Origin: Mesotaenium endlicherianum
Taxonomy: Eukaryota
NCBI GenBank assembly: GCA_009602735.1
Contig: WELA01001020.1
Coordinates: 8,491 to 54,084, forward strand
Reading direction: 5' to 3'
DNA length: 45,594 bases
This document shows, one piece after another, positions 1-10,888 of this stretch. Each line of letters begins with the position of its first letter. Position 1 is the first letter of the stretch. Position numbers and translations under genes: made by a program. Under the pieces are notes generated by a model. The model was not told the origin of the DNA, searched no databases, and worked only from the letters and a program-made list of their open reading frames with translations.

Positions 1-1605
1 CTCGGACAAGTACTTCGCTCAGCCATCGCTGGACGGTGTCAGGCCCGTGCCTGAGGCCCCGAATGAGATCAAGGAGGCGGGCACGTGCGCCTCGGTGATT
101 GCCGTCCGTGACGCGATGGCCAGGCGCTTCCCGGAGGACCTTAAAGAGATCGAGCGTCTCAAGGCCGTGGATAGGAACGAGCGTATGAAGGGCAGGCTCG
201 AGTTCCTAGGGGACCCCTCGAAGATGTATGACGTCGATGCCGCCTCGGAGGTGAGCGAGCCGGCAGGCACCTCCATGCCCTGGAAAAAGCGGAGGTACAG
301 GCACGCAAAGTTGTTCGAGCTGAAGGTGGCTCAGGCTGAATTCAGGGCGAAAGTGAATGAGCTCACGAAGGTGGGTGCACCAGCGTACGGCCCCCCTTCC
401 TCCCTCCCTCTCTCGCCCTTCTCACGATTTTTCCAAGTTGACGTATTTGCTTGCGCACCAGTGCCGACCTCGCCTCTGTATGCCTTGACACCGACTGCCA
501 CATGTGCTTGCAAGCAGAGCAGTCGAGGTTGTCGACGGACGACGTCAGCATACGGACAGCGCTCAGGCGAAGCCCCGACCTTGCAACCAAGGAAGCAAGG
601 CAGCTGCGCGACCTGAAGAAGGCCAGTCGCGACCACGACGACTCCGAGGTCGCTTCCCTCGTGAGCGGGTGAGACATAGGCTGGTGACGCTGGCACGCTA
701 TGACGGCGCTGTGAAGCATTTTGTGCCTGTTTCCAAGAGGCCATCTTTTGATCCGCTGCAGCCCACGCAACCTTGAACACCGCTCTGTGCAAGGCTTCGC
801 ATTTGACGTTTGCCTGCCATGCTTGCAGGATCCGCCAAACGGTGTTGGCGGCCAAGTTCCGCGTGCTCAACGCCGGGTTCATCGGGATGGAGGAGCTCCG
901 ACCGGGCTGCTGCGTCATCAAGCAGTTTGACATCGTGCCCTTGCTGAGAGGAGCGCAGGCTGCCACAGGTGGCCCCGCCGATGAGCCGGGCCAGGTGGAC
1001 GACGGGAGGGTGGTGGCTCAGCTGGACGGGGCGGAGGTGGTCGTAGACCTGGACAGGCTGGCCAGTTGCTTCGCGCAGCCTGTTGCAGGGAGGACGCGCG
1101 CGGTGTTTGAGGAGCACAAATGGAGCGACGACGAGGGGGAGGAGGAGGAGGAGGAGGAGGAGGATGACGAGGACACCATCAACAAGGTGCTCGAGGAATA
1201 TGGGGTCCTTATGACGGGGGGGGCCGCTGGCAACAGGGACTTCTGCAGCGAGGCCCGCATGAAAGACTTGATGATGGACGAGGCCAGCTTGCAGCAAGGT
1301 CAGTGGCGACGCGTTCAATCTTGCATTCCTCCCACCCTCACTTTCAAATCCCATCCATTGCATAAGGTTTGTACATCACGAATAAGTAATTGCTGAATGA
1401 ATCTGTTATGCTCTACATCCGGGGTGTGTCCTTGTCCGGCCCCGCACGTGTAGTCCAAGGCAATGGATGCGCTGCAAACTATGGCTTGGAGGAGGACGTC
1501 GACGATGACGGTGTCGAGTGGCTCTACGCCCGTCAGACCGAGGGTGAGTTCTCTCCATGCGCTGCCATAACTATGCACCGAGGTCCTAACGTCGTTGCTC
1601 CATCG
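1..1605 (+). repeat. Direct duplication, copy 1 (partner 8531-10127)
   Basis: Both copies start ctcggacaagtactt and stay alignable to ...gttgctccatcg, across exons and introns (>90% by eye). Confidence 0.97.
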
Positions 1606-1730
1606 AAGAGGCAAGCGCTGACTACGATGCTTTCCTTCTCGAGGGGAGGCTTCACGGGGACAAAAGGGGGGAGCAGCCGGCTCCACGACAGCGAGGAATG
1701 AGCCACGGCAATCACTACAGCGCCCGCAAG
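1..1730 (+). pseudogene. 3' exons of an intron-rich tyrosine-recombinase-like gene (YR2 copy A); 5' part lies upstream of the window
   Basis: 1-1605 is a close copy of 8531-10127. Phase-compatible GT-AG exons at <1-370, ~514-668 (acceptor CAG changed to CAA in this copy), 829-1298, 1460-1543, 1644-1730. They encode helical and acidic (poly-E/D) C-terminal sequence. Confidence 0.6.
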
Positions 1731-1786
1731 GTCGGTCCACCCTCCCTTACTCTGTCGCCCCCTTCTCCAAGTACTTTGGTGTGATT

Positions 1787-2330
1787 GTAGGCCACCTGTC
1801 ATGGCGACGTGTGGCAGCACTTGGGTGCGGGGGAGGGAGTGGGATGTGGTCATGATTGTCGCGCCTGCTGCAACCCGTCCGAGGCGGCGGTGCCGCGCTC
1901 TGTGCTGGAGGCTGCCTTGAGCAAGTGTCCGTATGTTGTGCTAGATGGGGCAGCGGCGTGACTTTTATGCTCTCCCTTCTGTTCACCCGGGCCACAAGCA
2001 GAGCCTAGGTATGAGTGTTGAAAGCTGCAGTAGGCTAAATCAGTATTTGTTTGTGTGCGCAGGTTGGGAGCGCGAAAGGTCCCCCCCTCAAGTCAGAGCT
2101 GTGTTGATTTCCCCGTTCCCGTATGCACGGAAGTGAGCCGACGTTCTTTCGTGTACAATGTAGTGAACAAGATCGCCGTATTGGCCCCCATATTCTTTGT
2201 AGCAGGCACGTTAGGGCTAGCGTACTCTGGAGTTTCAGTCATTACAGGCGCTTACCCACATGGGGTTTCCGACCATGGACCATGGCACATGTAAATTTGT
2301 GATTCATTGGTGATTATCTTGATACGTATG
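1787..2330 (+). repeat. Dispersed degenerate repeat; 1787-2225 recurs at ~27140-27545 and 2132-2330 recurs at ~3275-3472
   Basis: Shared tgtcatgg(c/t)gac(g/a)tgtggcagcacttgggtgcgggg and gctgcaacccgtccgagg; shared gtgagccgacgt...gcaggcacgttagggctagcgtactct...ccacatggggtttc. Confidence 0.9.
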
Positions 2331-2686
2331 AGCACCGACTGCATGTACTGAAATCCCCTTCCCCTTCCCTTTCCCCGGCACCCGACTTTTAAGCACAGAC
2401 GTGTTGTGGCGGACGGTGCATTTGAGGGGGCGAAGTGGGGCAGGGGCAGGAGGGGGGTGGTGGTGGGGGAGGAGTGGAAGGAGGGATACGAAGTAACGCT
2501 GCCACCTGGCAGCTTGGGGAGCCTAGGCTCTGCCGGCGCGGGGGTTTGGGGTGAGAGGAGGGACAGCTGGCGGCGCAACGCGAGAGGTCAGGAGGTACCT
2601 GCGCGTGTTCTTAGAGGGAGGCCTCAAGCATCACAAGTTCGCCGTATGTCCCTTGCTCCATCTTCCCGCCCTATTGCTTTTCAAGT

Positions 2687-2772
2687 GGTTTGAGGTTGAA
2701 GGCTTAAGGTCAGGTTTAGGCTTTCGTGCTTGAGGTTGGATTTTAGGGTTTTTGGGGTTCGAGATTAGGGTT
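2687..2772 (+). repeat. Degenerate interstitial telomere-like (TTTAGGG-like) tract
   Basis: ggtttgaggttgaaggcttaaggtcaggtttaggc...ttttagggtttttggggttcgagattagggtt. Confidence 0.45.
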
Positions 2773-2944
2773 AATACGAATCTCGTTGCACGCAGTTAGT
2801 GGACCCTATGATTTGGATAGTGCGTAGCTTGAACGTTTCTGACAAGCTAGCTCCGCTGGCGAATGTTTCGCCTGGGGTGGTCCGGCCTGTGTACCTGGCA
2901 GGTAGATGAGGCCTCTCATTTGATTCTCTTTGTTTTTTATTTCG

Positions 2945-3270
2945 ATGACAGGACCACGGCGCCACTTGTGGACGGGGGCTTCGACACCTCGAAGGGGGAA
3001 CCAGCCAGAACGAGCAGCAGCATCATGCATACACTTCTCGCTCGAATTCCTGCAGGCATGCAGCAGTCATGTCCCGCCATTTCCTTCACTCCGCATTAGT
3101 CACTTTTATTTTGCGAGCGAGGCCTCATACGGCTAGCTAATACTACTGCATCCCGAACACTCTAATACGATAATGCTCCACCGAGACGGAGCACGCAGCA
3201 TGACGACGCATTCCTTGCACGAGCCAGTACTAACAGTGCACACCACTGGCATGGTCGGGCGTCGCGAGAA
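2945..3270 (+). repeat. Dispersed degenerate repeat; copies at ~3985-4200, ~10418-10624, ~27925-28090
   Basis: Shared gacagg...g(g/c)c(g/a)ccacttgt...cacctc...ggggaaccagc...gcatcatg...ccgccattt(c/t)c blocks. Confidence 0.88.
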
Positions 3271-5536
3271 GGCAGTGAGCCGACGTGCTTTCGTGTGCGA
3301 TGTAATGAATAAGCTCGCCGTATTGGCCCCCATGCCCTTTGTAGCAGGCACGTTAGGGCTAGCGTACTCTTGAGTCTCAATTACCGCAGGCACTTAACCA
3401 CATGGGGTTTCTGAAAATGGTCCATGGCACGTGTAAATTCGTAATGCATTGGTTATTATTTTGATTCGTATGNNNNNNNNNNNNNNNNNNNNNNNNNNNN
3501 NNNNNNNNNNNNNNNNNNNNNNNNNNNNNNNNNNNNNNNNNNNNNNNNNNNNNNNNNNNNNNNNNNNNNNNNNNNNNNNNNNNNNNNNNNNNNNNNNNNN
3601 NNNNNNNNNNNNNNNNNNNNNNNNNNNNNNNNNNNNNNNNNNNNNNNNNNNNNNNNNNNNNNNNNNNNNNNNNNNNNNNNNNNNNNNNNNNNNNNNNNNN
3701 NNNNNNNNNNNNNNNNNNNNNNNNNNNNNNNNNNNNNNNNNNNNNNNNNNNNNNNNNNNNNNNNNNNNNNNNNNNNNNNNNNNNNNNNNNNNNNNNNNNN
3801 NNNNNNNNNNNNNNNNNNNNNNNNNNNNNNNNNNNNNNNNNNNNNNNNNNNNNNNNNNNNNNNNNNNNNNNNNNNNNNNNNNNNNNNNNNNNNNNNNNNN
3901 NACACCAGCCCAACTGAGCCCAACCCAGCCCAGCAGCTGCAAAGTGCTGCAAAGCTACATGACGCGGACATCCTTTGCATATGCATGTCCCGCCATTTCC
4001 TTCTCTCCCCCTTGCAGTCACTTAATTGCGAGCGGGGCCACATGCATATACAGCTAGCCAATATTATTGCATCCCGAACGCGCTGATACACTAATGTTTT
4101 ACCCCAACGGAGCTTGCAGCATGACGACGACGCATCCCTTGTGCGCGCCAGTATCACTGATTGAGCACACCACACACATCCTCGGGCGTCGCGAGAAGGA
4201 GTGCCACTCTCATGGCACCGTCGTCATGCACACATGCACCCGCCTGTCCAGGAGGATGGAGAGTGCAATGCCGCCATAAAGAGCAGACACAAGAAGAGTC
4301 ACGACAGGCTAGATGAGGATGTGACGTTCTAGGGAAGGAGAGAGAGAAATAGAGTCTCTTCCATGCTCGTGATTGCTGCTGGAATCTTTTCCTGCACCCG
4401 GCACTTTTTCGCTGAAGCAAGCCAGACACGGTAAGCTAGCTCCCTCCTTCCACTCCCGATGATGTCTCGATGCTGCCGTCTGTTTGATCCGCAGCGAGCA
4501 GATCAATCACAGCCACCACCATGCAGCTAACACGTTCCCTGCTACCGCGCCTGCAGAGCACACCACATACATGGCACTGCAGTGGTGCAGATTGCAGTGC
4601 AGCCAGGCACACATTCTCTGCCACTACCTCATTGTCAAGTACAGCGTCCTGCTGCATTCTTGTCCTCACATGCATGTCTGTCCTCCCTACACATCTGTCC
4701 TGCCATTTATTTCCTGCCCTGTCCGTCCTCCTACGTCCACCCCCTGAATGCTGCGTGCAGAACTAGCTTCAGCTGGCGGTCCACGGCCTAACATGTTAGC
4801 TAGTAGGCTTCTGCTGACGTGGCAGGCCGTGACGCACAGCACACGACGTATGCCAGTGCAGTGGTGCAAATGCAGTGCAGGCCGCTTCCTTTGCGGGTCG
4901 CTCGTCATTGAGTCCAACGACAATGTGCTGCTCTTGCCGTCACATGCTTGTCCCCCTCTTCAGCCCGGAATGCGAGTCCGCAGTCGTAGTTTGATGCGGT
5001 GGAAGAGTGCTTGATTATTGCTGTGCACATATTGCATCTCTCGAAATGCAAAGAGTTTGGATCTTTTTGAGTCCTATGCGACAATGTGAGGGTGGCCCAA
5101 TGCTGCATTATGTCATTTGAACATGCTGAAGTCAAATGCCTAGCTCAGTGGATGCAATGCCCCGGCTAGCTATCCTGCGGCTTGGCAGCGAGCCTTGGCT
5201 GCAGCTCCGGTGGTTCTCGCCCTCGCTGGCGTGCGTCGCACGAGAGCCTCCCTTAAGCAGATTGCTGATTGCTCACCATTTGTCCTTTCTGTACATGCAT
5301 GCAGGCCTCACGTCACACGCACAAACCCCCCCCTCCCCGCCCACCCATCTGCGACACTCGATTGGCGGCTGCATTACCTGACGTCAACCTAGATCCTACT
5401 CGTGCAACAGGCCTGTCAGGTTCGTCCCTGTCCACACCCAGCCTGAGCCAGCCCTTGCATTCGATGTGCCAAACTTCCGCTTGCATCTCCATTATTCACG
5501 CATGCACCTCTCTGTCTGGCTTTATTTTGCCTCACC

Positions 5537-5592
<56 letters not shown>
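5537..5592. repeat. (CT)n(CA)n compound microsatellite (intronic)
   Basis: ctctct...ctcacacaca...cac. Confidence 0.95.
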
Positions 5593-5595
<3 letters not shown>

Positions 5596-5667
5596 CCCCC
5601 TCCCCTCCTCTCCCGTAGCTTCTAGCCTGCTCCAATCACGTGCAAACATTTCTGCCCCGCACGCAGG

Positions 5668-6355
5668 GTGGCCGACCTGGCTCCGATGGCCGCCCTCCCC
5701 CCCCGGCGCGGGCGGGCGGCCAGGGTTGCCGAGCGCCTCGGGGCTTTTGCGGCCCGCCCGGGCGCCTTCTTCTCCGCGGATCTGCGGGCGGAACAGGAGA
5801 GGAGCCGGCAGAAGCGGCAGTTCGGCTTCTTCCGCTTCCTGATGGAGTACTTCAAGTCTATGGTCGCCTTCCTCCGGCGGGAGGTGGGCTTCACCGGCGA
5901 GCCGCTGGAGACATACCTCGAGTGCGCCACGCGAGACGGGCACAACGAGTGGATGTTCTGGATGCGCAGCCGCGACAAGTACGGCGGCGCGGGCCAACAG
6001 ACGGCACGCTCGACAAGTACGACGGCGCGTTCCGCAGGTTTGCCAAGGACCACCCCTCCATGGTGGACGGCGGCGACGTGGAGGGGTTCAGCCAGGAGGC
6101 CGTCCAGATGCGGTACCAGTGCGCGCTTTGCTTCGGCGCGGAGCACCCCAAGCGGCGGGAGCCCATCCTGCGCGCCCACGCGCACCTCATGCTGGCCCCC
6201 CTCAACCGCCGCCTCCCCCGCAACGTCGTCAACGGGGCCATGGTCACCCTGGCCATGCTGGCCGGCCCGCGCTCAAGGCCACCCTGAGGGAGGTGCGTCT
6301 CACGTGGACGCCGAGGGGCGACGGGAGGCCGCCGGCCAGGAAGCTCGTGTGGGCG
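5668..6355 (+). pseudogene. Tyrosine recombinase-like gene fragment YR1 (core-binding region plus box I Arg), frameshifted and truncated
   Basis: Joining frames across shifts near 5985 and 6275 gives EPLETYLECATRDGHNEWMFW...GPTDGTLDKYDGAFRRFAKDH...FGAEHPKRREPI...RNVVNGAMVTLAMLAGPRS-ATLREVRL. The L..L.G.R...L..V pattern matches YR box I. The segment has an acceptor (cgcag 5663-5667) and a donor (gtgag 6356). Confidence 0.55.
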
Positions 6356-6665
6356 GTGAGCTCCCTCCCTCTATCTCCGCAGCCAGCATCCTGTTTGCCC
6401 AGCACATCCGCCGCTTGCCTCCCCTTGCCCCACGCCGAAGGGCTCTCGCCGCCGCCTGCGCCGCCGCTTGCTGCGCCTACACCTGGTGCAGCTGGGTCAG
6501 ACCAGGCGCTGCGAGGTCTTCGCCAGTCGTCTCCAGACCCGGGTGAGGGCGCTTTGCAGGCGACATAAAATTTCAAGCTGTGCATACGCAATCAAGCACG
6601 AGGCTAACTAAACAGCGCGTGCTGCTGTCTTTGCTCGCTTGCGTGCGTGCGATCGTGTCTGGCAG

Positions 6666-9600
6666 GTGACTCAGCACACCCCACCTGCGGCCCACCCCTT
6701 CCCCCGACGTGGCCTACGTTTGCGGACCTGGCCCCCATGCTCGACGGCTCCTTTGCCGGCAATCAGCAGGCCACACTCGCGGCGTGGGCCAGGAGGAACG
6801 AGTCGACACCGTTCGGGCTGGCGAACCCCACCTACGAGATGTGTATGCGTTATGCCGACGAGGTGATGCTGCGCAGAGAGGCACGCGACGCTCCGGCGAC
6901 CAAGTCCGTAGCTGCAGCGCGTGCCACGTCGTCAAAGCCGGAGGCCGAGAGGGAGATCGAGGTGCAGCTCTTGCGCGAGACCGCGCGAGTGACGGCCGAG
7001 CGCAGCAGGCTGTCAAGGGAGCTGAAAGAACGCTCCTCCTTTGACGTGTACATGGAATGGCGCAAGTGCCAAGATAAGCTTGGCCCCTCTATCCTGCCCG
7101 TAGCCACAGAGCACTTTGCAGACTGGATGGATTCGTTGGTCACTTATCACGAGATGACGTACTCCACCGCCGTCAAGCACACCTTCTACGTGGAGTCCTT
7201 CCTCGTCCGGGGAGAGGAGCGAGAGCCCGGAAAGTTCATCCAGGGGACGGTTGATGGCTTCAAGAGGCATTGCAAGGAGCATCTTGGTCGGCATGTGCAG
7301 TGCGTTCTTCACAACTCTCCCCTACCTCATGTGACACCAGAAGCATCGCGTGCCCTGGTTCCAAGGGTGACCTTCCATGTGCTTGAAGGACCATCGAGTG
7401 CATTCTGGTTTGCATGTGTTCTGGCATTTCTATTCATCTGCGCACGCTGGCGGGTGGTGGGTGGTGGGTGCCGTGTGGTGGGTGTTGGGAGCTGGGGGGG
7501 GCGTCAGGAGGTTCGACACCGAGTTTCTGTATCAGACGCGGCCTCTGACGGTCGACATGTTCCGCACGCCGAGACGATGGAGTGCGGCTTGGGGATGGTG
7601 CGCCTGGCTGAGTACCGGCAAGACCCCGAGTGCGTGTCCTTTGTCCCCACCCACGCCTATACATTAGCTGGTGCCCAGGTGCCACTTTGAAATTGTGATT
7701 GTAACAGTTTGTTCATGCCCCACATATTTATGAACCATCACGCTTTTTCTGCGTATTGTGTGGCGTTGGCAGCCACTGCGTGGTGAGGACCATCGCGGCC
7801 TTTGTCAGCTCCATGGAAGCATGGTCCCACGGGTCCATGGCCAAAGCCCTGGAGAGCGGCGACTTGTCCATTGCCAAAGACAAGCTGGATTACGCACTCT
7901 TCCCGGTTGTGCACGACGAGTGCGTCAGGCCGTTCCAGCCGGTATAATTGATTGCCGGCCCCTCTCTTGATAGGAGTTGTTGCATCGAGGGGGGAGGGGG
8001 GGGCACAAACTTTTCCGCTACTTTCTTGCCAAGTAGTGCCTGCATTGTGCCGATCTCTGGCATTTGTTGAATCTGTACAAACTCGTGTGTTGGCAGATGT
8101 CTCGTGGTGACGGACCTGACCGCTTTCGCGATCAACTCATCCACATAGGGCTCCTCGCGGGGGTGGCCAAGTTCTTTACCCTGCAGAGTTGCCGGAACGG
8201 CATGGCGACCACACTGGCTATCCATCTGTGCGATGGAAATGTAGGCTTTCCACCTGCAGCCTTGATGGAAGCCATTGCGAGGATCTTGCGCAGATTCGTG
8301 GCCACACCAAAGACCATGGGTGCGTACATGCAGAGTCGGGTCATCAAAGAGGTCCTGGATTGCGGCAATGGGTCCGAGGTGAGTTCGCTGCTGTGACTCC
8401 CGCATTATTTTTACTATTCTTACGGTTTGGCAACGCGTGACTTGGTTTGCCTTCCTACCCAGCGGTCTGACTTTGTTCTTTGCGTGTCGTGGTCGCTCCA
8501 GATTCTTTTCGCAGAGCGCTTTGCCTTGCACTCGGACAAGTACTTTGCTCAGCCATCGCTGGACGGTGTCAGGCCCTTGCCTGAGGCCCCAAATGAGATC
8601 AAGGAGGCGGGCACGTGCGCCACGGTGATTGCCGTCCGTGACGCGATGGCCAGGCGCTTCCCGGAGGACCTTGAAGAGATCGAGCGTCTCAAGGCCGTGG
8701 ATAGGAACGAGCGTATGAAGGGCAGGCTCGAGTTCCTAGGGGACCCCTCGAAGATGTATGACGTCGATGCCGCCTCGGAGGTGAGCGAGCCGGCAGGCAC
8801 CTCCATGCCCTGGAAAAAGCGGAGGTACGGGCACGCAAAGTTGTTCGAGCTGAAGGTGGCTCAGGCTGAATTTAGGGCAAAAGTGAAAGAGCTCATGAAG
8901 GTGGGTGCACCAGCATACGGCCCCCCTTCCTCCCCTCCCTCTCTCGCCCTTCTCACGGTTTTTCCGAGTTGACGTATTTGCTTGCGCACCAGTGCCGACC
9001 TCGCCTCTGTCTGCCCTGACACCGGCTGCCACATGTGCTTGCAGGCAGAGCAGTCGAGGCTGTCGACGGACGACGTCAGCATACGGACAGCGCTCAGGCG
9101 AAGCCCCGACCTTGCAACCAAGGCAGCAAGGCAGCTGCGCGACCTGAAGAAGGCCAGTCGCGAGCACGACGACTCCGAGGTCGCTTCCCTCGTGAGCGGG
9201 TGAGACATAGGCTGGTGACGCTGGCACGCTATGACGGCGCTGTGAAGCATTTTGTGCCTGTTTCCAGGAGACCATCTTTTGATCCGCTGCAGCCTACACG
9301 ACCTTGAACACCGCTCTGTGCAAGGCTTCGCACCTGACGTTTGCCTGCCATGCTTGCAGGATCCGCCAAACGGTGTTGGCGGCCAAGTTCCGCGTGCTCA
9401 ACGCCGGGTTCGTTGGGATGGAGGAGCTCCGACCGGGCTGCTACATCATCAAGCAGTTTGACAGCGTGCCCTTGCTGAGAGGAGCGCAGGCTGCCACAAG
9501 TGGCCCCGCCGATGAGCCGGGCCAGGTGGACGGCGGGAAGGTGGTGGCTCAGCTGGACGGGGCGGAGGTGGTCGTAGACCTGTACAGGCTGCTTCGCGCA

Positions 9601-10065
9601 GCCTGCTGCAGGGAGGACGCACGCGGTGTTTGAGGAGCACAAATGGAGCAACGACGAGGGGGAGGAGGAGGAGGATGAGGAGGAGGATGACGAGGACACC
9701 ATCAACAAGATGCTCGAGGAAAATGGGGTCCTTATGACGGGGTGGGCCGCTGGCGACAGGGACTTCTGCAGCGAGGCCCGCTTGAAAGACTTGATGAAGG
9801 ACGAGGCCAGCTTGCAGCAAGGTCAGTGGCGACACGTTCATTTTGCATTTCTTTCACCCTCACTTTCAAATCCCATCCATTGCATAAAAATTGTACATCA
9901 CGAATAAGTAATTTCTGAATAAATCTGTTATGCTCTACATCCGGGGTAGGTCCTTGTCCAGCCCCGCACATGCTGTCGAAGGCGATGGCTGCGCTGCGAA
10001 CTACGGCTTGGAGGAGGACGTGGACAATGACGATGTCAAGTGGCACTACACCCGTTAGACCAAGG
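6666..10065 (+). pseudogene. Intron-rich tyrosine recombinase YR2 copy B (Crypton/DUF3435-like), internally deleted and frameshifted
   Basis: Phase-consistent GT-AG exons 6666-7299, 7508-7629, 7773-7941, 8097-8378, 8502-8900, 9045-9199, 9360-9821, 9982-10065. The spliced protein contains PVATEHFADWMDSL...TYSTAVKH (core-binding-like), RPLTVDMF, DPDHCVVRTIAAF, KDKLDYALFPV, QPMS...FRDQLIHIGL, FTLQSCRNGMAT (box II xxxR, Arg at 8193-8195) and TMGAYMQSRV (candidate Tyr at 8325-8327). A frame break near 7565 removes box I. There is a 7-nt deletion near 9590 relative to copy A. Confidence 0.65.
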
Positions 10066-10127
10066 GTGAGTACTCTCCATGCGCTGCCATAACTATGCAC
10101 CGAGGTCCTAGCATCGTTGCTCCATCG
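8531..10127 (+). repeat. Direct duplication, copy 2 (partner 1-1605)
   Basis: Direct sequence match at an offset of ~8530. Confidence 0.97.
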
Positions 10128-10888
10128 GCCACCCTGCTGCATCACTTTTGCTTCAGTGTTGCGAGCGGGGCCAGGCCTGCTATAATAGGCATGTCAAAAT
10201 TGCATCCTGCTCAGTATGTTGATTGTTATTGCGTGCAGAGCTGGATCGGGCGATGATCCTTAATTGTGCCCCGCCAATTTGCTTTCTTCCACATTAGCTA
10301 CAATTTTGCGAGAAGGGCTAAATTTATTTTTGAATGATCTGTCGGGTCGTCAACCTCCATGTTGCGATCTTGCTTTCTCATTCCTTTTTGTCCTCACCGA
10401 CTTTCAGGTCAAGCGTCGAAGACAGGGCCCGGCGCCACTTGTAGATGGGGGCTCCGACACCTCCCTCGGAGGGGGAACCAGCAGCAGTGGCAATCAAAGC
10501 TATTTCACAAGCATCATGAATGCAGCAGCATCGTGAAAGGAACGCGTTCAAACCTATAGCTGCGGGCAAGAATCCATGCGCCGCCATTTTCCTCCTTTGT
10601 GCATTAGCCATATCTTGCAAGCGGTGTTGCGACTGCTATCCACTTGACGGTGCCGCACGCGCAGCGCAAGTCACGGCCGCCCAGGTACGGAAAGTCAGCG
10701 TTGACTCACCGACCGAAGGACTGAGTTATCTCAGTCAGCGTTTATGTCAAAGTCGTTATCAGTGTCAAAGTGGTCACGACACGTCAAACCCCACACCCAA
10801 AGATGGATGGGGATTTGGACGGAATAGTCAGCCGAAAGGCTAGGGGCCTGGAACCAGCAATGAGCCAGCCCAACAAGTGCCAAGTAAG

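Noticed and set aside
3377..4175. Long ORFs spanning N runs (also 30573-31724, 37151-38028, 40146-41852)
   Set aside because: Artefacts of translating assembly gaps.
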